A stretch of DNA of 35,164 bases. Origin: a virus. Its lineage: Duplodnaviria; Caudoviricetes. The notes beneath the pieces are model-generated. The model had not been told where the DNA came from. It saw only the letters and a list, made by a program, of their open reading frames with translations, and did no database searches. The stretch is taken from IMG/VR virus record IMGVR_UViG_3300049139_000031, positions 1-35,164 of that record; one strand, given 5' to 3'. The position numbers and the translations under genes were made by a program. Below, piece by piece: positions 25,522 through 33,907 of the stretch (positions are counted from its first letter, which is position 1; each line of letters opens with the position of its first letter).

Positions 25522-25896
25522 TTGGCTGTAGCGTATAAGTTTATTTGGGACAAGGGCACCACTATTGCCCGTTCGCTCATTTGGAAGCGGAATGCGGCAG
25601 CCGAAGGCGATCCGGATGATTATCAGCCCGTAGATTTGACCGGCTATATAGCTCGCATGGAAATCAAAGACAAGTACGACGGGCTTCTGTTGTATCGCAT
25701 GGACACCGCTTCCGGCAGGCTCGTTATTGACGCGCCCAATGGTGCTATCTCTTTCGAGATTCCAGCTTCCGTAACTGAAGAATGGACATGGCGAAACGCA
25801 GTCTACGACTTGGAAGTCATTGATTCCAGCGGCAGAGTTACCCGGCTCATTCAGGGCACCATTTCTCTAACCCCGGAGGTGACCACGGGTGACTGA
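25522..25896 (+). CDS. Fibre anchor/adaptor protein (BppU-like beta-sandwich)
   Basis: PVDLTGY.ARM.I...YDLEV....G.VTRL.QG.I...PEVT; precedes the collagen-like gene. Confidence 0.65.
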   Translation: MAVAYKFIWDKGTTIARSLIWKRNAAAEGDPDDYQPVDLTGYIARMEIKDKYDGLLLYRMDTASGRLVIDAPNGAISFEIPASVTEEWTWRNAVYDLEVIDSSGRVTRLIQGTISLTPEVTTGD

Positions 25897-27223
25897 CATC
25901 ATTGAAATTGACTATGACGGCACAGAGATTATCGAGATTGGCTATGTGTCTGGCGGGTTTATTCCCGTGCCTGGTCCCAAGGGTGACACTGGAGCTACCG
26001 GCCCACAGGGGCCTGTGGGGGCTACCGGCCCCGCTGGTGAGACTGGTCCCCCTGGCGCTGATGGAGAGGACGGCCTTTCGGCCTACCAGCTCGCCGTAGA
26101 TAACGGCTTTGTGGGCACCCTGCCTCAATGGCTAGCGTCCCTAGAAGGCCCCGAGGGGCCACAAGGCATCCAAGGGGAACCCGGAGTCCAGGGCATCCCT
26201 GGAGAGCCCGGAGAAGACGGCCTAGGCGTTCCAGCCGGTGGTCTTACGGGGCAGTATCTTGTCAAGGCGAGCAATGCCGACAACGATACCCAGTGGATTA
26301 CTTCTGGTGGCGGTGGTGGCGAGCAGGGCCCGCCAGGTGACAGCGCCTATCAGGTGGCCGTAGATAACGGCTTTATGGGTACTGAGGTTGAATGGCTAGA
26401 GAGCCTCGTTGGCCCCGAAGGGCCGCAAGGTATTCAAGGTGTTGAAGGCCCTAAGGGTGATACCGGCGACGAAGGTCCACAGGGTATCCAGGGAGTTCAG
26501 GGAAATCCTGGCACTCCCGGCACGCCTGGCGAAGATGGTACGGATGGCATTGATGGCGATTCTGCTTACCAGGTAGCTCTAGATAATGGATTTGTCGGCA
26601 CGCAACCACAATGGCTTGCTTCACTGGTTGGGCCGGAAGGCCCCGAGGGTGACCAAGGTATTCAGGGAATCCAAGGTGAGCCGGGCAACGATGGTGCTCC
26701 AGGAGCGGACGGAGATAGCGCCTACGAGGTTGCTGTAACGAATGGCTTCGTAGGTACCGAGTCGGCTTGGTTGGCGTCTCTCGTGGGCCCTGAGGGGCCG
26801 CAAGGCGACCAGGGTATTCAGGGTGTACCTGGTGATGATGGAGAGCAAGGCATTCAGGGTATTCCGGGCCCCGTAGGGCCTGCCCTACCGCCGTTCTCTG
26901 TGACGGGTGCTGTGACAACCCGTGTGGGTTCTCATCGCCTCTACAACGATACTGGGGCCACATGGACTATTACGGCGGTCCGCGCCAGTGTTGGCACCGC
27001 CCCGACTGGGGCGACCCTGATTGTGGACGTGAATAAGAACGGCACAACCATTTTCACCACGCAGGCCAACAGGCCAACTATCGCCGTGTCCACTAACACG
27101 ATTAAGCGAACCAACATGAACGTCACCACTGTCGCCGATGGCGAGTATCTAACGGTTGATGTGGATCAGGTTGGCTCTACCGTCGCAGGCTCCAACCTCA
27201 TCGTTCAAATCACTATCGCTTAA
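25889..27223 (+). CDS. Collagen-like fibre protein
   Basis: Gly-X-Y runs interrupted four times by SAY..A..NGF.GT...WL.SL.GPEG; C-terminal beta domain. Confidence 0.85.
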   Translation: MTDIIEIDYDGTEIIEIGYVSGGFIPVPGPKGDTGATGPQGPVGATGPAGETGPPGADGEDGLSAYQLAVDNGFVGTLPQWLASLEGPEGPQGIQGEPGVQGIPGEPGEDGLGVPAGGLTGQYLVKASNADNDTQWITSGGGGGEQGPPGDSAYQVAVDNGFMGTEVEWLESLVGPEGPQGIQGVEGPKGDTGDEGPQGIQGVQGNPGTPGTPGEDGTDGIDGDSAYQVALDNGFVGTQPQWLASLVGPEGPEGDQGIQGIQGEPGNDGAPGADGDSAYEVAVTNGFVGTESAWLASLVGPEGPQGDQGIQGVPGDDGEQGIQGIPGPVGPALPPFSVTGAVTTRVGSHRLYNDTGATWTITAVRASVGTAPTGATLIVDVNKNGTTIFTTQANRPTIAVSTNTIKRTNMNVTTVADGEYLTVDVDQVGSTVAGSNLIVQITIA

Positions 27224-27234
27224 GGGGTGACTTC

Positions 27235-27654
27235 ATGGCGACACTTACCGAAGATTTTGAAGACACCACTTATGTGGTTCCACTCTCCGGGGATTGGGTG
27301 CGAACTAACGCTGCCGCGCACGCCGGTAGTTGGAGTTTGGGAGCACAGAACGCTACGGAAGAGACGGCAACCTTTACTTTGCCCTCCAGTGCGCTGACGG
27401 TGCGGTTCTGGTACAACGCAGTCATTGACGATTTCTCTATTTTGAGCGTCGAGCTAAACTCTGTGAGTATTGCCGACCTTACGACCACTGGCGGGTCTTG
27501 GGTGCAAAGCGCGATCCTCAATGTAGCTGGTGGCGGGGCTCTTTCTTTCTTCGCTGGCTCGTTCGCTACCGACATCACGGCTTATATTGATGACCTTGTC
27601 ATTGAAACTTCTGACTCCGCAGGCGAATTTTCCGCTTGGGGAATCCCAATCTAG
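27235..27654 (+). CDS. Putative carbohydrate-binding jelly-roll protein (fibre tip/accessory)
   Basis: EDFED...W.R....AH.GSWSL...VRFWY...AYIDDLVI pattern. Confidence 0.55.
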   Translation: MATLTEDFEDTTYVVPLSGDWVRTNAAAHAGSWSLGAQNATEETATFTLPSSALTVRFWYNAVIDDFSILSVELNSVSIADLTTTGGSWVQSAILNVAGGGALSFFAGSFATDITAYIDDLVIETSDSAGEFSAWGIPI

Positions 27655-27664
27655 AGGAGGAAAA

Positions 27665-27889
27665 ATGGTTCATACCGACGATGTGCAGCAGGCTGATGCT
27701 TTCGTTCGCGCGTGGCGAACCTTCGGGCAGGGTGCCGTAGTTGCGGCCCTTGTGTCTGTGGGTACGGTGCTGATGACTCTCGGCCCCGAGCCCGATTGGA
27801 AGGGCGTGGCTGTTGCGTGCGGTCAGGCGGTCGCTACCGCTGTAGTTACCTACGTTCACAATAAGATGCGACCTGCGATCGGGAGTTAG
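27665..27889 (+). CDS. Holin (two TM segments; start at 27665)
   Basis: GAGGAGG RBS; RAWRTFGQG, TM, DWK, TM, basic C-terminus. Confidence 0.75.
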   Translation: MVHTDDVQQADAFVRAWRTFGQGAVVAALVSVGTVLMTLGPEPDWKGVAVACGQAVATAVVTYVHNKMRPAIGS

Positions 27890-27908
27890 TCTACTAGTCT
27901 ACTGAACA
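27887..27908 (+). repeat. Dispersed motif copy: TAGTCTACTAGTCTACTGAACA
   Basis: Overlaps the holin stop codon, just before the late terminator. Confidence 0.8.
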
Positions 27909-27911
27909 GCC

Positions 27912-27938
27912 AGGGGGGCCTTTCGGCCCCCCTTTTTT
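27912..27938 (+). terminator. Late operon terminator at the junction of the two arms
   Basis: GGGGGGCC-TTTC-GGCCCCCC-TTTTTT. Confidence 0.92.
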
Positions 27939-27955
27939 ACGTTTGCCCTCTTTAA

Positions 27956-28216
27956 TTACCTGGTGTCCGATTTGCCGGTTTCATCCCATGTCTCGTTAAT
28001 GTTGTGCATCTTGCGAATAATAGCCTCCGTCTTCTCGATACTGTGCCGTGTCATGATCCGCATGGCCGCATGGAAGAACGTGGAATCTAGGGCCTGAATT
28101 AGCTCTAAGTGCTTCGGCTTAGCCGCTAAGGCGGCGTCCGTGATTCGCTCCGCCCCTTCGATGAGTCCGACGATATGACGACGATTGCGCCAAACCAGTT
28201 TAATACTGTCGAACAT
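27956..28216 (-). CDS. Hypothetical protein
   Basis: AAAGGAGA RBS with ATG. Confidence 0.75.
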   Translation of the reverse strand: MFDSIKLVWRNRRHIVGLIEGAERITDAALAAKPKHLELIQALDSTFFHAAMRIMTRHSIEKTEAIIRKMHNINETWDETGKSDTR

Positions 28217-28238
28217 GTTTCTCCTTTGAGGGGTAAGA

Positions 28239-28267
28239 GAAAGGGGCAGGCCGAAGCCCGCCCCCTT
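28239..28267 (-). terminator. Intrinsic terminator
   Basis: GGGGCGGGC-TTCG-GCCTGCCCC-TTTCT on the minus strand. Confidence 0.8.
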
Positions 28268-28279
28268 ATTGCCGGTTAG

Positions 28280-28504
28280 CTACTTCTGCTTGCGAGGGCC
28301 TGGACGCCCGAAGCGCGGGCGGAATGCAACGCCAGTCTCAGACAGGAGCAGGTGAACGAAGCCATACGACCGTTCAATCCCGGTCGCGATCTCCCGGATA
28401 GACTTCCCCTCCTTCTCGTATTGATCCTTGCACTTGGCCGCAAGTGCGGCCCTTTCAGGCTTGGTCGTGCGCCTACCCGAGCCCTTCGGGATCTTGCTAC
28501 CCAT
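28280..28504 (-). CDS. Small actinobacterial HTH protein (HTH_58 type; resembles Streptomyces nucleoid-associated Gbn/SCO1839)
   Basis: KG.......R..LA...K..Y..G.SIR.IA....RSYGFVH.LLSE.GV..R.R.G; 74 aa, basic. Confidence 0.7.
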   Translation of the reverse strand: MGSKIPKGSGRRTTKPERAALAAKCKDQYEKEGKSIREIATGIERSYGFVHLLLSETGVAFRPRFGRPGPRKQK

Positions 28505-28922
28505 TCTTTTTCCTTCTGCCCTTCTTCGGAGTGATACCGGCGTTCTTGAGTGATTCGCTGACGAAATCAGAGCCGACCTGGAGTTTATCTCTGATCTCCT
28601 TCACCGTCAGCCCGTTCCCGTTTTGGTATAACCTGACGACTTCTTCCGCCGCTGCATCCCAGTCGCGACAGTGGGAGACGGAAGGCAAAAGGCCAAGCCT
28701 AACCTTCTCCTCTTCGTACACCTGGTCGAAGCGATGGGCGAACGCCTCACGCAGAAGTCTCCTAGCCGTGCTGGTTGTCTTCCCGCTAGAGAATGACGGG
28801 TCTCGGAGTTTGACCCCTCTCCAGAATTCCTTGTATGGCTGCGGCCACGCCTTGGCGAGGCGTATTAAAGCCGCACGGTACGCCCTCCTGCGAAGGTTGC
28901 CTTCGTCTGGTTCATCTTCCAT
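28497..28922 (-). CDS. Putative DNA-binding protein with C-terminal HTH
   Basis: EVVRLYQNGNGLTVKEIRDKLQVGSDFVSESLKNAGIT; internal repeated helix (RAALIRLAKAW...Y / RRLLREAF...F). Confidence 0.6.
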   Translation of the reverse strand: MEDEPDEGNLRRRAYRAALIRLAKAWPQPYKEFWRGVKLRDPSFSSGKTTSTARRLLREAFAHRFDQVYEEEKVRLGLLPSVSHCRDWDAAAEEVVRLYQNGNGLTVKEIRDKLQVGSDFVSESLKNAGITPKKGRRKKNG

Positions 28923-29049
28923 TAGTCTTGCCTCTGCTGTGGTGCTTTCCCTTGCGCCTGTGTCGTTTGCCCTTCACCTTACACAGGAGCATTGCCGGGA
29001 GGACCGCGAATGCGAGGGCGCTCACGCATAAAATTGCCTGCCAGGACAT
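28912..29049 (-). CDS. 45-aa membrane peptide with basic tail (not in the ORF track)
   Basis: AGAAAGGAAGG RBS; MSWQAILCVSALAFAVLPAMLLCKVKGKRHRRKGKHHSRGKTNGR. Confidence 0.6.
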   Translation of the reverse strand: MSWQAILCVSALAFAVLPAMLLCKVKGKRHRRKGKHHSRGKTNGR

Positions 29050-29084
29050 GCATGCCCTTCCTTTCTCGTCTACTAGAAGACGCC

Positions 29085-29116
29085 AAAAAGCACCGACCTG
29101 TTGTAGCGCCGGTGCT
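29085..29116 (-). terminator. Intrinsic terminator
   Basis: AGCACCGGC-loop-GTCGGTGCT-TTTT on the minus strand. Confidence 0.6.
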
Positions 29117-29136
29117 CTCGGGGTGCCGTCTAGCCT

Positions 29137-29469
29137 CTACTCATCTTTCAGGCTGATCCGCTCTGTTAGATCGGTCGGAAATCCCCTTTGGATAACCCCA
29201 GTGAAGATGATCGGCCCCACCAGGGGCAGGACTTCGCGACCTGCGAACAGGGTAGCGATGGATGTTGCAGCGACATTCACGGGCAGGCCCTTTTGTAGAC
29301 CGTCCTCATCCGCGAGCAGCGCGATTAGCCCCCCGATATTATTGACGGGCTCGATGTATGCGCCATCCATCAACTCGGAAGCGTGATTGACCCAGTTGCT
29401 TCGCTTAAGCTGAACCTCCTCTATCGCGTCATCCGGCTTAACGAGCATGGCGCGGATTGTTTTGCTCAT
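29137..29469 (-). CDS. DUF3846-like protein (start at 29469)
   Basis: G.YIEPV...ADEDGL.KGLPVN..AT......LVG.IIFTG....TDL; GGAGGG RBS, ATGA overlap. Confidence 0.7.
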   Translation of the reverse strand: MSKTIRAMLVKPDDAIEEVQLKRSNWVNHASELMDGAYIEPVNNIGGLIALLADEDGLQKGLPVNVAATSIATLFAGREVLPLVGPIIFTGVIQRGFPTDLTERISLKDE

Positions 29470-29801
29470 TGTCCCTCCTTCCCGTTCGGGTCTACCCACC
29501 GGAATTGCAGGTCATTGAGCCTGCTGCACTTGTCTTTGTCTATGACGAAGACGTCCATTCCTATAACTACCGTGGAAGATTCGCCATCCCCCCCAAGGGC
29601 GTGTGTTTTGGTGAACGACGGATTGAATAGCTCCGGAACGCCCTGCGTTTGAATCCGCTTCGCGGCCGGAATGTAGGTCAGATTGTAAAGCTGATATTTC
29701 CAGCCCTGCACCTCTACCAGAATTCCCGGAATTGGATACCAGGTTTCTCCGTCCACCTCCACGACGATAGATCCGAGCCGGTCTGATCCGATGACTAGCA
29801 T
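29466..29801 (-). CDS. Hypothetical protein
   Basis: GAGGTGG RBS; packed in the operon. Confidence 0.7.
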   Translation of the reverse strand: MLVIGSDRLGSIVVEVDGETWYPIPGILVEVQGWKYQLYNLTYIPAAKRIQTQGVPELFNPSFTKTHALGGDGESSTVVIGMDVFVIDKDKCSRLNDLQFRWVDPNGKEGQ

Positions 29802-29802
29802 T

Positions 29803-30228
29803 TCACCACCTCATATCCCGCTTGCGAAGCTCCTTGACGACTTCCCGCATTGGCTCGTACGTGTTCGGGATGAGAGCCATGTCTAGAATCTCATCGACTG
29901 GCACCCACCGGAATTGAGAGTGCTCACTGCTAAGCCTGACTCCGTAGCTGGAAGGGCTGCACCGTCTTGCGACGCAGACGATTGGACGAGAATTCGCGTT
30001 TGTCCATGACCATACCGCCAGCGGCTTTCCGGGGGCGACCATGAGGCCAACCTCTTCAAAGGCTTCCCGGCAAAGCGCTCCGTCTAGCGTCTCTCCGACT
30101 TGCAGGCGACCCCCAGGGCACTCCCACATGTGCGGGTTATACTTGTCGCTCTCTGGCCTCTGGACGAGTAACACCTGTCCGGCATGCTCGATGACCGCCT
30201 TTTGTGCGAATTGCACTAACGCTTCCAT
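29803..30228 (-). CDS. NUDIX hydrolase (start at 30228)
   Basis: Nudix box GGRLQVGETLDGALCREAFEEVGL; LSSEHSQFRWV. Confidence 0.9.
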   Translation of the reverse strand: MEALVQFAQKAVIEHAGQVLLVQRPESDKYNPHMWECPGGRLQVGETLDGALCREAFEEVGLMVAPGKPLAVWSWTNANSRPIVCVARRCSPSSYGVRLSSEHSQFRWVPVDEILDMALIPNTYEPMREVVKELRKRDMRW

Positions 30229-30239
30229 GTGACTCCCTT

Positions 30240-30446
30240 CTAGAACTCTCCGGCGATAACGCCGGACTTGAACGTATCCCATTCAGTTTTACTGAAGAAC
30301 AGGGGTGGATGGTCAGGGTTCTTGCTGTCCATCACCGCCACGCACCCGTAAGGGAGTTGCGCGACCATAACACAGTTGCTATTGCCCTGACTGGCTTTTG
30401 CTTTCTCCCACCGAAACGGGAAGGTGACCTTGAGGGGGGTGAACAT
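30240..30446 (-). CDS. DUF397 protein (BldB/AbaA-like family)
   Basis: W.KAKAS.GNSNCV.VA.....VAV.DSKNP..P.L.F...EW..F..GV.AGEF. Confidence 0.9.
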   Translation of the reverse strand: MFTPLKVTFPFRWEKAKASQGNSNCVMVAQLPYGCVAVMDSKNPDHPPLFFSKTEWDTFKSGVIAGEF

Positions 30447-30454
30447 TTTTCATC

Positions 30455-30473
30455 TTTCTGGACTAGTAGACTA
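30455..30473 (-). repeat. Dispersed motif copy: TAGTCTACTAGTCCAGAAA
   Basis: 13-bp exact core; overlaps the stop codon of the 530-aa gene and the RBS region of DUF397. Confidence 0.7.
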
Positions 30474-32063
30474 GAACCAGCTCATCCCCGCTGGCTTCGC
30501 TGACTCCGTCGCGGGCTTGTGTGGCGCAGGCCGACGAGTAGGCATCACCTTGGTACTGGTGTCCCTTCTCGGCTGATGCTTCGCCTTAGGCGGCTCTGTA
30601 GTGGCCTGTGCAGGCTTGGGGGTAGCCTTGGGCGGCTTGGGGCCCGGAAGCGCCTTGAGAGGCTCTGGGGTTGACTCAGGCTCTTCTACGATGATCTCGG
30701 CTTCTACCGTGACATCATCCTCAGGCACCCGAAAATTCGGGTGGTCCTCGGGGTCGTCCGTATCCGACACCTCAATGTCAGGATCTTCAAGGGGCACGAG
30801 CGTGAACCCCTCCGGTAGAGGCTGACCTTTCGCAGCGACCATCCATCCGCCGCGATATCCGCGCCCCTTCATAGGCTTTTCGAACACCACGACTTCATCA
30901 CCCAACTCCAGGAAAGCCCGGACGAAGGTGGGCTTAGTATTCGTCCCACCACACTTCGCCTTTAGCGCACTGTAGGTCATCGGCTCGCCGTGCTCGTCGA
31001 GTGTCCTCAACACTTTCTGGGCGAGAGAGGTTCTACCGCTGAAACCAGCGGCGGAACTGAGAACAAACTTGATTGAAGCAATCGAGTATTCGATTAGAGC
31101 CAAGGCACTATCGAAGTCCTTGACGGTCACACTATTGCGGCCGTCGAAAATCGCATAGAGGGCAGCAACCTTAATGAGGTAGGCTTCCCCACGCTGCGCA
31201 TACTCGTTAATCTCGGCAGTCTGGTTAACTAGCGCTTCGACGGCAGGCCGATGGCGTCGGGCGAATACTTTAGCGACATTCGGGGGAACCGTTACATCCC
31301 CGCAATGCCGGGCGTAAGTGAACGCCTTAAGGAACCTATACGAAGCTTCTCTGATCGCTTGTACCTTGCCTGCCATTCCAGCGAACAGGTCCAACGTCTT
31401 AGACTTCTCGACATGGAAGAACAGGAATCTGTTCCAGACCCCCGTAGCAGCGGCTCGGGAATTCCTGGTGAGAAGAAACATCTTCGGCTGAACATGCCCC
31501 AGTACGACCGCATAAGGATTCTCGATCTCCCACTCGTCTTTAGAGGTGGAGTATCGAAGGGTGTCGCCATCCGCCAGGTTAGTGAAAACGGCCCCCATTT
31601 TCCCGTCGCTCGCCAGCGACCTAATGAGCTTGGAAACCTCATTCTGGAAAATGAGTAGCGGCTTAGTCCTCCCCTTTTCATCCTTGCTTTCGTGAAGAAT
31701 CTTGATAACGCCTAGACCAGTGTCAAACCCATCCTTCTTGTTGATCGGAGACTCGCCCTGTAGGGCAGCCTTGTAGATGGCTTCCGCAGCCCTAGTTGCT
31801 TTACCCTTACCGCCTCCACCCGAACGGCCGCAGAGAATCGGCCAGAACGCGAGAGTAAGCGTGCCTTCAATGGTGGTGATAGTGGGATTATTCCCGATGG
31901 CCGCACTTGCGTACGCCATGAGAGAAGTCATAACTCCGATGGGGTGCGCTTCCTGGTACTTGTCAACCCCCTCCCAGTCGTTCTCTTTGTCTCCCAGTAT
32001 CAGTTTTCCGAAAAAGTTATCGAACACCAATTCGGAGGGTTCCGGGGCTTTCATTGTCACCAT
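30471..32063 (-). CDS. DUF3987/YfjI-like P-loop (helicase-like) protein with C-terminal wHTH-like and low-complexity tail
   Basis: ILCGRSGGGGKG, T..G.I, LLIFQNE, L.DG, VLGHVQP, GVWNRFLF. Confidence 0.65.
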   Translation of the reverse strand: MVTMKAPEPSELVFDNFFGKLILGDKENDWEGVDKYQEAHPIGVMTSLMAYASAAIGNNPTITTIEGTLTLAFWPILCGRSGGGGKGKATRAAEAIYKAALQGESPINKKDGFDTGLGVIKILHESKDEKGRTKPLLIFQNEVSKLIRSLASDGKMGAVFTNLADGDTLRYSTSKDEWEIENPYAVVLGHVQPKMFLLTRNSRAAATGVWNRFLFFHVEKSKTLDLFAGMAGKVQAIREASYRFLKAFTYARHCGDVTVPPNVAKVFARRHRPAVEALVNQTAEINEYAQRGEAYLIKVAALYAIFDGRNSVTVKDFDSALALIEYSIASIKFVLSSAAGFSGRTSLAQKVLRTLDEHGEPMTYSALKAKCGGTNTKPTFVRAFLELGDEVVVFEKPMKGRGYRGGWMVAAKGQPLPEGFTLVPLEDPDIEVSDTDDPEDHPNFRVPEDDVTVEAEIIVEEPESTPEPLKALPGPKPPKATPKPAQATTEPPKAKHQPRRDTSTKVMPTRRPAPHKPATESAKPAGMSWF

Positions 32064-32129
32064 TGTTCACTGTCTCCTTTCTGTTAGGCGCACCACCCAC
32101 CCAAAAAACCAACCATAGGTGCGCACGAA

Positions 32130-32152
32130 GCCGGGGGCGCGAGGCCCCCGGC
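32130..32152 (-). terminator. GC-rich stem-loop (possible terminator)
   Basis: GCCGGGGGC-N5-GCCCCCGGC, intergenic. Confidence 0.5.
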
Positions 32153-32182
32153 CTGTCATGGTACATCAGAGCCGATCTGCTG

Positions 32183-32974
32183 TCAGACGGTCGCCCGCTC
32201 TTCGATGGTCTTGAGGTAGGCGGCCTTCTCGGGGCACCTGTGCCACGCCTGGATCAGAGGCGTGTCCATCCTCCTGAGAGGCCAGGACCCCCGACCCTTC
32301 GTGAGCGCCAACTTGTCCTTCTTCGGGAGACCGTTGAACCACGCGAGGCATGCGTCCTTCTCCTCACCCTTAGGGGGCACTGAGGACGGCTGATATCCCT
32401 CCGGGAAGTGCGCCCGCCACGGCTCAGGCTCTTCCGGCCGCTCGGGGTTGACCGCGTTCGAGTCAGCCTCTCCAGGCTTAGGGTTCTGCACCCGACCCGC
32501 CGCATTGATACGCTCCTGGAGTTCCGGAGGAGTGGGAACGTGCTTCACTTCCGGCTTGACCTTTTCTCCCATGCGCTGCAAAAGCGCTTCGGCATTCCCC
32601 TTAGGGGACTCCTCCTCTTCCTCCTCTTCCTCTTCCTCTTCGTCGTCATCGTCGCCCTGGTGCTCCGGCTCCTCGTATCCTTCCGGAAGTTCCCCTTCCG
32701 TAATTGCGTTCTCCTCTGCCTGGACGGCCCCGACGATGTTGGCCAGTACATCCGACTTGAATTTGTTGAGCATTTCAGTAACGACCGAGGCGTGCTTGAC
32801 GCACCCGAAAGCCTTACTGTCTTCCTGGTCGCTGGCAGGGTCATAGAAGAAGGTGAATCCTCCCGACTCTGTTTCAGCGAGGGTAACGGGGATTGGGATG
32901 GGTCCCGGAAGCTCCTTCTTGTCGATGACGAAGCACCACGTACAGGTTTCCGTCTCGACCTTTGCACGACGCAT
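32183..32974 (-). CDS. Hypothetical protein with CxxC/CxxH N-domain, D/E tract and Lsr2-like C-terminus
   Basis: CTWC...CVKH; DDDDEEEEEEEEEEE; ACLAWF...KGRG...MDTPLIQAWH; AGAAAGG RBS. Confidence 0.6.
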   Translation of the reverse strand: MRRAKVETETCTWCFVIDKKELPGPIPIPVTLAETESGGFTFFYDPASDQEDSKAFGCVKHASVVTEMLNKFKSDVLANIVGAVQAEENAITEGELPEGYEEPEHQGDDDDEEEEEEEEEEESPKGNAEALLQRMGEKVKPEVKHVPTPPELQERINAAGRVQNPKPGEADSNAVNPERPEEPEPWRAHFPEGYQPSSVPPKGEEKDACLAWFNGLPKKDKLALTKGRGSWPLRRMDTPLIQAWHRCPEKAAYLKTIEERATV

Positions 32975-33078
32975 TTTCTAGCCTTTCTCGGTTTCCTTGG
33001 GGAACTCTGCCGAAAGAGGGGTGAGCCCTTCCGAGCATTGTGCCTGATAGCAGTGCGACCTGTCTACCAGGCTGCGGG

Positions 33079-33297
33079 TCAAGCCCGCTGATTCTTGCAG
33101 TACTTCCCGATGTTTTCCGACATCGTCTTGGCTATCTCCAGGCTGCTAGTGCAAAGTGGAACGTTCATCTCCGCTTTACCCATGATGCGGACACGCAGTG
33201 ACCACAGCCCTTCGTCGCTGTCGGCCGTCGTGAGGACTAGGACCATGTCCTCATCTTCGGCTATGTGGTGACCTTCGGCACGCTCTTCCCAGTCCAT
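33079..33297 (-). CDS. Hypothetical protein
   Basis: GAGGGAG RBS; abuts the upstream stop. Confidence 0.7.
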   Translation of the reverse strand: MDWEERAEGHHIAEDEDMVLVLTTADSDEGLWSLRVRIMGKAEMNVPLCTSSLEIAKTMSENIGKYCKNQRA

Positions 33298-33600
33298 CTA
33301 TCTCCCTCGCTGGTCGTGTGTCAGGTACGTTACCGCGAGCGCGTTGAAGTCGCATGCGGTTCGGCGACATATGGCGAGATAGGCGTAAGGGAGTCCTTTG
33401 CGGTGATGTGACCGGAGTATACATCCGGTGCGAGCTATGGCGCGTGCGACTATCCGAAACCGCGTAGGGCTTCCGTTCCCCACTATCCGAGTGAACGCGA
33501 CAGCGGCATCGTTTAAGTTCCCGAAGATGACACCACCCAGCCTTTCCGGCGCTTCCGCAAAGTCCCTTTTGAACATCACATGATAATGCTCTACTGCCAT
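33298..33600 (-). CDS. Hypothetical protein
   Basis: TAATG coupling with the upstream gene. Confidence 0.65.
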   Translation of the reverse strand: MAVEHYHVMFKRDFAEAPERLGGVIFGNLNDAAVAFTRIVGNGSPTRFRIVARAIARTGCILRSHHRKGLPYAYLAICRRTACDFNALAVTYLTHDQRGR

Positions 33601-33896
33601 TAGACACGAACCTTTCGATGCGATGCGCGAACCTGGCGGCGAATATCTTCGTACTCGTTCAGGGTCCGCTTATGCGAACAGTCTCCTTCGTAGCAGTACC
33701 TATGCGTTTTCTGTGGAGCCTCTGACCCGATGATGACTCCTACGCCGCCACACAGCACACCACCAGCGAGCAGAAGCGGGCCCCACAGAAGCATGTCCGC
33801 TGGGATACCGAGATCTCCGGTCACCGCCGAAGCGAAAATAATGAACAGGATGAGAAAGCCGAGGATGTACGAAAGGATGCGGATCATGTCTTTCAC
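33600..33896 (-). CDS. Two-TM membrane protein
   Basis: Two hydrophobic segments, then H..C...C.H and a basic tail. Confidence 0.7.
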   Translation of the reverse strand: MKDMIRILSYILGFLILFIIFASAVTGDLGIPADMLLWGPLLLAGGVLCGGVGVIIGSEAPQKTHRYCYEGDCSHKRTLNEYEDIRRQVRASHRKVRV

Positions 33897-33907
33897 CTTT
33901 GAGGGGT

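Noticed and set aside
25889-26880. Repeats in the fibre gene as a DGR or CRISPR-like array
   Set aside because: They are protein-level collagen repeats with synonymous divergence; there is no reverse transcriptase or adenine-specific TR/VR pair.
32612-32655. TCC/TCT/TCG trinucleotide run as a DNA repeat element
   Set aside because: It simply encodes the acidic D/E tract of the 263-aa protein.
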